Shown: one piece after another, positions 56,720-64,000 of the stretch | How the letters are laid out: every line of letters starts with the position of its first letter | Position numbering within the stretch: the first letter of the stretch is position 1 | Virus record (IMG/VR): IMGVR_UViG_3300042559_001567 | Coordinates: 1-64,000 of that record | Length of the DNA: 64,000 bases | DNA from: an uncultured virus (IMG/VR IMGVR_UViG_3300042559_001567) | Taxonomy: Duplodnaviria > Heunggongvirae > Uroviricota > Caudoviricetes | Reading direction: 5' to 3' (one strand) | Position numbers and translations under genes: made by a program | The notes under the pieces: model-generated | What the model was told of the DNA's origin: nothing | What the model saw: only the letters and a program-made list of their open reading frames with translations | Database searches by the model: none

Positions 56720-56735
56720 CGTTCCACGTGGAACC
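56720..56735. promoter_or_regulatory. parS-like palindrome cGTTCCACGTGGAACc
   Basis: 14-bp core identical to the parS variant TGTTCCACGTGGAACA; extra half-site GTGGAAC at 56714-56720. Confidence 0.65.
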
Positions 56736-56767
56736 TTTTGTATAATGATTGGATTGTTTTACTGCAC

Positions 56768-56876
56768 CCAGTATATACTAGTATAATCTAGAACTGGTTA
56801 TACTAGTATTTATTTAATATTGAATAAATTATTAAAAAATAGATATATTATTTATTACTGGAACTAGAATACTGGA
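56768..56876. repeat. Iteron-like TACTAGTA/ACTGG/CTAGAA repeats around an AT-rich tract (candidate origin)
   Basis: TATACTAGTATA 56774-56785, TATACTAGTAT 56799-56809, CTAGAACTGG, TACTGGAACTAGAATACTGG. Confidence 0.55.
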
Positions 56877-56999
56877 GGGTTTGTAAAAAACTACGAAAAA
56901 TAATTGATAAAATCAAGTACCTAACCAAAAATAAATTTATTTCCAAATAACACATATTTATAAGAAGTATAAAATAACAAAAAATTTAACAAATACAAA

Positions 57000-57488
57000 A
57001 TGGCAGATTTACTAATGAAAATGCCGGTTCCTTACGAACCGAAAAGACAGAACAGATTTATTCTTAGATTCCCTTCATCTTTGGGAATTAACGAATGGTA
57101 TGTATCTTCAACAAAAAGACCTTCAGCTAAAATTAACTCAACAGAGATTCCTTTCTTGAATACTTCAACTTATGTTGCTGGTAGATTCACTTGGGAAGAA
57201 ATGAGTGTTACTTTTAAAGACCCGATTGGTCCTTCAGCTTCTCAAGCGTTAATGGAATGGTTCCGTTTACATGCGGAATCAGTAACAGGTAGAATGGGAT
57301 ATGCTGCCGGATACAAAAAAGACATTGAACTTGAAATGCTTGACCCAACAGGAGTTGTTGTTGAAAAATGGATTATCCAAGGTTGTTTCTTAACAAGTTT
57401 AAACTTTGGTGATTTAGATTACAACAACGATGCTTTAGCTCAAATTACTTGTAACTTGAGAATGGACCGTTGTATCCAAGTATACTAA
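57000..57488 (+). CDS. Tail tube protein (gp19-like)
   Basis: EPKRQNRF, YVAGRFTWEEMSVTF, KWIIQGCF..FGDLDY; follows sheath. Confidence 0.88.
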   Translation: MADLLMKMPVPYEPKRQNRFILRFPSSLGINEWYVSSTKRPSAKINSTEIPFLNTSTYVAGRFTWEEMSVTFKDPIGPSASQALMEWFRLHAESVTGRMGYAAGYKKDIELEMLDPTGVVVEKWIIQGCFLTSLNFGDLDYNNDALAQITCNLRMDRCIQVY

Positions 57489-57506
57489 TAGTTTCTATTT
57501 AATATT

Positions 57507-57558
57507 AAAACCGATAATCAAATTAGTAAATCTGTCTAATGGGTTGTCGGTTTTTTTT
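57507..57558 (+). terminator. Long-stem terminator after tube gene
   Basis: AAAACCGATAATC...GGTTGTCGGTTTT followed by T run. Confidence 0.7.
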
Positions 57559-57602
57559 ATGCAAAAACTTTACTTTAATCTACTTATAGTTTAAATTGTA
57601 CT

Positions 57603-58352
57603 ATGGAAGAATTTAGAATTGACCCCAACATTGCTTATGACGTAGTTGAATTACCAAGTAGAGGTATTCATTATACAAATAACAAAAAATCGGTAAGAAT
57701 CGCATACTTAACCGCCGCAGATGAGAATATCTTATCATCCCCAAGTTTAATTGCAACTAATAAAGTTGTTGACGAATTACTAAAAAGAAAAATTTTAGAT
57801 AAAGATTTACCTATCGATGATTTGGTTGAGGAGGATAGACAAGCGATTTTAATATTCTTAAGAAATACCTCATTTGGTAGTGATTATAAAGTTACATCAA
57901 CAGACCCAAAAACAGGAGAACAGTTTGATTTTGAATTAGATTTATCAACAGTAAAAACAAAAGACTTTAAATTAGTTGCAGATTCAAATGGTGAATATTC
58001 TTATTTCATGGAAAAATCAAAATTAGATATCACATTTAATTTTTTAAATAAGAAACAAGAAAAGGAAATAGACGCAATTAGAGATAGTTGGAACGGTAAC
58101 GGAGTGGCTCCAATTATCACTAAACAACTTGAAATGATGATTAAATCGGTCGCGGGCAATAAAGACCTAATGAATATTAGAAACTTTGTTGAGAACATGC
58201 CGATTAAGGACTCACAAGATTTTAGAAAATTTATCAACGAAAATAAACCGGGGTTAGACTTAACCCAAACAGCAATCACCCCGTCAGGAGACACAATCCA
58301 AGTTGAAATTGGATTCGGGGTTGAGTTTTTTCGTCCTTTCTACGGATTATAA
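57603..58352 (+). CDS. Baseplate hub/tail assembly chaperone (gp26-like)
   Basis: VELPSRG..Y, LTAADENIL, DRQAILIFLR..SFG..Y, ends GVEFFRPFYGL. Confidence 0.75.
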   Translation: MEEFRIDPNIAYDVVELPSRGIHYTNNKKSVRIAYLTAADENILSSPSLIATNKVVDELLKRKILDKDLPIDDLVEEDRQAILIFLRNTSFGSDYKVTSTDPKTGEQFDFELDLSTVKTKDFKLVADSNGEYSYFMEKSKLDITFNFLNKKQEKEIDAIRDSWNGNGVAPIITKQLEMMIKSVAGNKDLMNIRNFVENMPIKDSQDFRKFINENKPGLDLTQTAITPSGDTIQVEIGFGVEFFRPFYGL

Positions 58353-58485
58353 AAAGGGACAGTTAGACGAGATTTTATTTTTAGTTAAAAGAGGATTCTC
58401 ATATGGAGATATCCTTTCTATGCCCGTCTATATCAGACGTTATTATATACAATATTTAATATCATTAGAAAATGGAAATAATTAA
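58303..58485 (+). CDS. gp51-like/chaperone C-terminal extension ORF in the +1 frame, probably reached by frameshift
   Basis: FSYGDILSMPVYIRRYY motif; no ATG near its 5' end; overlaps TTT TTT CGT C. Confidence 0.6.
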   Translation: MKLDSGLSFFVLSTDYKKGQLDEILFLVKRGFSYGDILSMPVYIRRYYIQYLISLENGNN

Positions 58486-58502
58486 ACATCTATTTATATG
58501 AT

Positions 58503-60431
58503 ATGGGATTATTAAGCAGAATACCTAGTGGAATTACAAATGAAAGCGCTTTCAAAATTGCGTTTGCCGACGCGTATCAAAAAGAATTTGGTAAAGCATA
58601 TAAGGGAGACAGCTCCGATGGAGCATCATTAGCAGGTACATGGAAGTTATATAATGAAAAATTAGGTACAACAAATACACCAATAACGGATACCAAACAA
58701 AATTTTGGAAATAAGGCTGTTGATTTTGTAAGAGGAACAATAGACACACAAAAAACACAATCATCACAATACGCCGAAGGTGAAATGTTTAGAATTAGTA
58801 ATATGTTAGATATTATTAATAAAAAAGGACAGGTAACTGGAGGACTAATGGGGATGGCTAGTAGATTGGTTGAAGAAGTTGGTGGTGGAATAGCAACTCA
58901 ATTAAAACAAGAAGCTCAATTAAGAACAGATATCAACGAAAAAGTTGGTATGCAAGGGGAACTTTCAAAAGGTCTAAGAGAAGAAATAATAGACGCATAT
59001 CCATCAACACTTAGATTAGGATATGGGATGCAACAACTAACTGATATGATGACAAACATGATGTCAGAATCGGGTAGATTTAATCTCATATCAAAAGAAA
59101 CAATAGGTCAAGCGGCAGCAACCGCAAGGTCTTTTGTTGGAGATTTAAGTGAAATGGGTAGAGTATTTGGTCAATTTGAAAAAGTCGGTTTAGGTGCTTC
59201 AGACGCAACCAAGGCCATTGATACTGCTGGTAAATCTTCATTATCTTTAGGTTTGAATAGTAAAAAAACAACACAAGATTTAAGAGACAATTTAGGAAAA
59301 TTAAATGAATTTGGATTTGCAAATGGTGTACAAGGATTAAATAGAATGGTTCAAAAGGCCAATGAATTTAGAATAAGTATGGATTCTGTTTATCAGATTG
59401 CGGATAAAGTGTTTAGTCCTGAAGGTGCGTTAGAATTAAGTGCAAATTTATCGGTATTGGGAGGTGCTATGGGTGACTTTGGTGACCCAATAAAATTAAT
59501 GTACATGGCAACCAATAATGTGGAAGGATTACAAGACGCATTAATTGGTGCTGCGGGTTCATTAACCACATATAATCAAGAACAAGGTAGATTTGAAATT
59601 ACAGGTGTTAACCTAAGAAAGGCCAAAGCAATGGCAAGTGAATTGGGTATATCGTATCAAGAATTGGCTAAAGGTGCAATAGCGGCTTCAGAAAGAACTG
59701 CCGCTGCGAGTGCTTTAATGACAAGTGGATTAGTAATGGAAGATAAAGAAAGGGAATTCTTAACTAACTTATCACAAATGAAAGATGGTAAAATGGTTAT
59801 TGAAGTTCCTAAATCTTTAATGAGTGAATTAGGTGGACAAACAGAAGTTATTTTAGAAGATTTAACAAATGCACAAAAAACTACATTATTAGCAAACCAA
59901 GCCGCATTTGAAAAAATGTCTACAGAAGACATTGCAAGAGGACAGTTAAGTGCTATGGAAAACATAGAAAGAGATATTGGATTCATGGCCGCTACAACAA
60001 GAGGTCGTGTAGTTAATATGGCTAAATCTGCAGCCGAAGCTGCGGGTTTAACGGGGGAAGATGCTCAGAAATTCGTCAAAGAAACTGCAGATAATGTCTC
60101 AAAGGGTACGGTTCAAATGAGTGATAACTTTAATAAGTTGGTTGGTAATTACATTAGCGAACTTAAAGGTGAAAAACCAAAATCACAAGGTACTGCTACA
60201 ACACAAACAAATGCGATGAATGTTGCGGAGGCAGAAAAGAAAGCTGCGGAAGCTAAACAAGCGGCCGCAAATACCTCATCAACAAAAGTTGTGAAAGTTG
60301 AAGTTTCAGCTAAATCATCTGAAGCATTAATGGATGGTTGGACTAGACAAATTATCAGAGATGCAAGTGTAAAAGAAGATTTTATAAACACAGGTAATGA
60401 TGAATATACAGCACCACCAAAAACTAAATAA
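58503..60431 (+). CDS. Tape measure protein, putative
   Basis: Ala/Gly/Met-rich helical 642 aa following tube and chaperone genes. Confidence 0.7.
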   Translation: MGLLSRIPSGITNESAFKIAFADAYQKEFGKAYKGDSSDGASLAGTWKLYNEKLGTTNTPITDTKQNFGNKAVDFVRGTIDTQKTQSSQYAEGEMFRISNMLDIINKKGQVTGGLMGMASRLVEEVGGGIATQLKQEAQLRTDINEKVGMQGELSKGLREEIIDAYPSTLRLGYGMQQLTDMMTNMMSESGRFNLISKETIGQAAATARSFVGDLSEMGRVFGQFEKVGLGASDATKAIDTAGKSSLSLGLNSKKTTQDLRDNLGKLNEFGFANGVQGLNRMVQKANEFRISMDSVYQIADKVFSPEGALELSANLSVLGGAMGDFGDPIKLMYMATNNVEGLQDALIGAAGSLTTYNQEQGRFEITGVNLRKAKAMASELGISYQELAKGAIAASERTAAASALMTSGLVMEDKEREFLTNLSQMKDGKMVIEVPKSLMSELGGQTEVILEDLTNAQKTTLLANQAAFEKMSTEDIARGQLSAMENIERDIGFMAATTRGRVVNMAKSAAEAAGLTGEDAQKFVKETADNVSKGTVQMSDNFNKLVGNYISELKGEKPKSQGTATTQTNAMNVAEAEKKAAEAKQAAANTSSTKVVKVEVSAKSSEALMDGWTRQIIRDASVKEDFINTGNDEYTAPPKTK

Positions 60432-60452
60432 ATCTATTTATTATAAAATATA

Positions 60453-63400
60453 ATGCCAAGTTACTTAGACTTTAATTCGACTAAAAAATTCAGAGATTAT
60501 ATATTAGGTAAAACACTTAATGTACCTAATGGTCCACAGACTTTTAGTAATGCATCATTTTCAGTTGATAAGTTAAGTGACATGTCTAATAAAGACAATG
60601 GAGACGTTGTTTTAAACGATTCTACAAGTAGAAAGACACAAGTTGATAACATATCTAATTTAAATGTTAATCAACCTTCTGACAATTATTTAATTGTTGA
60701 AGATTTAAATACAGTATTAATACAAAGAAGAAGTAATGGTTTAAATCTTTATCCTTATTTCCCAACAAATACACCAACGTATAATTTAGTTGGTATTATG
60801 GGTTCATCAAAATATGATAATGAATCTGAATTATTTAAATTTGCGGCTAACAATATTAAAAACAATCCTGATGGACCTGTTCTTTCAAGAATATCAAGAA
60901 ATATTGATACAGCAACAAATGGTAGATTAAGATTATTGGATGCTCTTAATGGTAATACCGCAACTGCGTTTAACATAGTTACGGGTAGAGAACCATTGGT
61001 TGACCCTAATAATAAAATTACAGTAGCAAGAACTTTACCGGGTAAAGCAATTGATTTTTTACAAACCATTTCAGGAACACAATTACCATTTAGTGAAATA
61101 CCTGGCGATTATTTATCGAATCCAGCAAATCCTGTAAATATAAGACCACAAGCAAGAACTGAAGTTGGTAAATTATTTCAAGATGTTACAGGTGTACTAG
61201 GTTCATTAATTGGTATAAAAAGAAGACCAAGGTTATCAAGAAAACCTTCGGACTTATTAATCGAATATATGGGTGACGGTCAAAAAAATAGATTATTTGA
61301 TACGTTAACATTTAACAAATATGCACCAAATTATACAACAACCGCAAGATCACAAAACACCTCAAAATTATTTAATTTTATTGACAGAGCAGCACAAGGT
61401 GTAAAAAATATTTTAGGTGTTGAAGCACCTGCGGGAATAGCATATATAGGGGACGATAGAGGTGAAGATGTAAAATATGCGATGGGTGATTTTAATGATA
61501 GACCCGTTAGAAGTCCATATTATCTTTCAATAATGTTTGATAGAGTTTCTGCCGAATTATTTCACAGAAGTAAAAACATTACTGAGGGAGGTAAAATTAC
61601 CGGTAATCTTACATGGATTAGTAAAAATTCTAAAAATAAATTAGGTTCAGGTAATAAAGAATGGGGTAGTGAATCATCAACATTTGACGATTCAAAATCC
61701 ACCGCATTTAATTTTAGAGAAGATTCTATATTAGGAACTACACAGGAAATTTTAAATTCGATGCCATCCGACGGAGGATCAATTTCACATGTTGGAAATG
61801 TAATCGACCAAACAAGTAGAGTATTTGGAGAAGGTGATTTAAGAATATCAAAAGGTTCTGCAATCAAATACACAAATAAATTTTCAGGTGAAGAAAGTGG
61901 TGTTGAATATTGTAGAGTATGGACAAAGGATAGGTCATATATGCACTATTCCGATACCATGAAAAGAACAGGTAATGTAAGAAAATTTGACGGTAGTGTA
62001 ATGGGAGGAGGAAGTACACCGTGGAATTTAAATTATGCACCAATGTCTAACGGTAATAAATCTTTTGATGGTTCAACAAATATAGTTGACAAGTATCCAT
62101 ATGGAGGAGGTTTTTACGCTAAAAAGTATATGTTCTCAATTGAGAATTTGGCTTGGAAAACATCTAATAGAGATGGTTTTAAAGTTACCGATTTACCGGC
62201 TTGTGAAAGGGGTAATAACGGAGGTCGTGTTATGTGGTTCCCACCATATGATTTAAAAATGAACGAACAGAATAGTGCAAGATGGGAGGAGAACTCTTTT
62301 TTAGGAAGACCGGAACCAATTTATACTTATCAAAATACATCAAGAAGTGGTACAATATCTTTTAAAGTTGTTGTTGATCACCCAAGTATTTTAAATTTAT
62401 TAGTTAGAGAACACTTCAAAGGAATGTCGGATGAAGAGGCGGATAATTACATTAATGCATTTTTTGCTGGATGTGAAGAAATTGATTTTTATAGTTTAAT
62501 ACAAACATATACAACTTTAGATAGTGACGATATTAATCTAATAAAACTATATTTAAATTCTTCTAAACCACCACAGGAAATTAAAAAATACAAATATACC
62601 ACAACACCAGTTACATTTCCTAAACCCGATAAAGGACAAAATGGAGGTAAAGACACAACGGTACAATTTGATAAGAGATTTTATTTTGCAAACGATTATC
62701 CTAAAAAAGATGGTTCAACAAAAGGATCAACAAATTTAACGTACACACAATTATATGAACAGTATGTTAAACAAAAAGTAACATACACTGGAAATACTGT
62801 TATCGATTTAGGTGAATTAGTGGTAGGAACAACCGAAAATCATAAAAAAGATAGATTGGTTATTTTTGGTAAAGAATCTATTGATTCTGCAACAAGTGGA
62901 GCCACAATTAGTAAAGAAGCACAAAAAATTGCAACAGGGTTTGATGAATTAACAAGTGGGTATACAGAATACAATACAAAATTAGCTGCATTAAAATCTG
63001 ATATTACAGGTAAGACGGTTAGCGAAGTTACTTTTTCAATTTCATCATCAACTTCAGAAGTTGCAGATAGTACATATAATTTTTATTTAGGTGTTAGAAG
63101 AGGACATAGTATTTTTCAAGATATATTCAAAGGAATATCAAATGGTAAAACACCTGAACTAAAATGGTTTAACGATACCGTTTTAAAACCATATGAAAAA
63201 ACAGGAACCAATCAAAAACCAGGAGAATTTGTAAAAGAATTTACATTTAAGGATTTTGGTTATGACGTAGATGGTAAGTTTATTTTTAAATTTAATACAA
63301 ATGGTGAAGATACCACTTTAAAAAACACAGGTGGTAAAGATAATTTAAATTGTAATCAAAAAATATTAACAAGACAAGGTCTTAAAGATACATCACCTAT

Positions 63401-64000
63401 TGCATTTTATTGTAGACAAGCTAGAGTTAAATTTGATTATAAGAAGAAACCTGAACAACCACAGGAAATTACAGTACCAAATATACCGGTTCCAATAACA
63501 ACAATTGAACCAGATGGTACAACGACTGTACCGAATAGGAAACCTACTATAGATGTGATGAAGAGAATCATTATGAAAACATTATCGGAGTGTCATTACT
63601 TTAAAAAGTTAGAAGAAGATTCACCAGTTGCATTTACCTCATTAAAAGAAAAATTAAGATATTTCCATCCGGGTTTCCATTCAACAACACCCGAAGGATT
63701 AAATAGTAGATTAACATTCTTATTGCAATGTGTAAGACCTGGAGATACAATCCCAATTAAAGGAGTTTCGGACCCATTAGATGTGGGAGCAAGAAATACT
63801 TCATTTGGTCCACCACCTATTTGTGTTTTAAGAATTGGTGATTTTTACCATTCTAAAGTTATTATTAGAGATGTTGGAATTACATATGAAGATAGTACTT
63901 GGGATTTAAATCCAGAAGGAATTGGTGTACAACCAATGATTGCTAATGTAAGTTTACAAGTTTCATTTATTGGAGGACAAGGTTTAGAAAAACCTGTTGA
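60453..64000 (+). CDS. Large baseplate/tail-initiation protein, truncated by window end (>1180 aa; not in ORF track)
   Basis: ATG 60453 (MPSYLDFNSTKKFRDY..); start, an internal segment and window end are in frame; WFPPYDL..LGRPEPIYTY and PPICVLRIGDF..WDLNPEGIGVQPM segments. Confidence 0.75.
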   Translation, partial: MPSYLDFNSTKKFRDYILGKTLNVPNGPQTFSNASFSVDKLSDMSNKDNGDVVLNDSTSRKTQVDNISNLNVNQPSDNYLIVEDLNTVLIQRRSNGLNLYPYFPTNTPTYNLVGIMGSSKYDNESELFKFAANNIKNNPDGPVLSRISRNIDTATNGRLRLLDALNGNTATAFNIVTGREPLVDPNNKITVARTLPGKAIDFLQTISGTQLPFSEIPGDYLSNPANPVNIRPQARTEVGKLFQDVTGVLGSLIGIKRRPRLSRKPSDLLIEYMGDGQKNRLFDTLTFNKYAPNYTTTARSQNTSKLFNFIDRAAQGVKNILGVEAPAGIAYIGDDRGEDVKYAMGDFNDRPVRSPYYLSIMFDRVSAELFHRSKNITEGGKITGNLTWISKNSKNKLGSGNKEWGSESSTFDDSKSTAFNFREDSILGTTQEILNSMPSDGGSISHVGNVIDQTSRVFGEGDLRISKGSAIKYTNKFSGEESGVEYCRVWTKDRSYMHYSDTMKRTGNVRKFDGSVMGGGSTPWNLNYAPMSNGNKSFDGSTNIVDKYPYGGGFYAKKYMFSIENLAWKTSNRDGFKVTDLPACERGNNGGRVMWFPPYDLKMNEQNSARWEENSFLGRPEPIYTYQNTSRSGTISFKVVVDHPSILNLLVREHFKGMSDEEADNYINAFFAGCEEIDFYSLIQTYTTLDSDDINLIKLYLNSSKPPQEIKKYKYTTTPVTFPKPDKGQNGGKDTTVQFDKRFYFANDYPKKDGSTKGSTNLTYTQLYEQYVKQKVTYTGNTVIDLGELVVGTTENHKKDRLVIFGKESIDSATSGATISKEAQKIATGFDELTSGYTEYNTKLAALKSDITGKTVSEVTFSISSSTSEVADSTYNFYLGVRRGHSIFQDIFKGISNGKTPELKWFNDTVLKPYEKTGTNQKPGEFVKEFTFKDFGYDVDGKFIFKFNTNGEDTTLKNTGGKDNLNCNQKILTRQGLKDTSPIAFYCRQARVKFDYKKKPEQPQEITVPNIPVPITTIEPDGTTTVPNRKPTIDVMKRIIMKTLSECHYFKKLEEDSPVAFTSLKEKLRYFHPGFHSTTPEGLNSRLTFLLQCVRPGDTIPIKGVSDPLDVGARNTSFGPPPICVLRIGDFYHSKVIIRDVGITYEDSTWDLNPEGIGVQPMIANVSLQVSFIGGQGLEKPV

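Noticed and set aside
1..64000. Stop-codon reassignment as seen in some large Bacteroidota phages
   Set aside because: Core genes are full length in code 11, and TAG/TGA end genes at sensible places (2870, 7642, 36380, 48586, 6188, 11344)

Overview
This is a 64 kb, very AT-rich segment of a large T4-like myovirus (jumbo-phage style) using standard genetic code 11. The host is most likely Bacteroidota (Flavobacteria-like). Evidence for that: a Bacteroidota-type bS21 with Tyr54, TTG-N19/20-TAnnTTTG promoters, signal peptides cleaved before Gln, and no Shine-Dalgarno sites at most starts. Order along the window: (1) envelope cluster of membrane proteins, a CsgG-like protein and two predicted outer-membrane beta-barrels; (2) RNA-repair operon (RNA ligase, polynucleotide kinase, cyclic-phosphate receiver-like protein); (3) N-domain-less ClpC divergent from Hsp20, then KTSC and a nucleotidyltransferase; (4) head module (terminase, portal, bS21, prohead protease, scaffold, major capsid); (5) dCMP deaminase, baseplate and spike genes, gp55-like sigma, three glycosyltransferases, PhoH, dUTPase, WYL protein; (6) Thr/Pro-repeat protein, family B DNA polymerase, SNF2 helicase, neck and tail genes, tape measure and a large baseplate ORF running off the end. 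The most interesting signals are non-coding. They are a parS-like palindrome beside an origin-like repeat region, two promoter- and terminator-bounded candidate small RNAs (one complementary to the start region of the neighbouring beta-barrel gene), a TATTTAT(A/T) motif often only 3-5 nt from the ATG, and a candidate +1 frameshift (TTT TTT CGT C) just before the tape measure gene. All protein calls rest on motifs and synteny recognised by eye; no searches were run.
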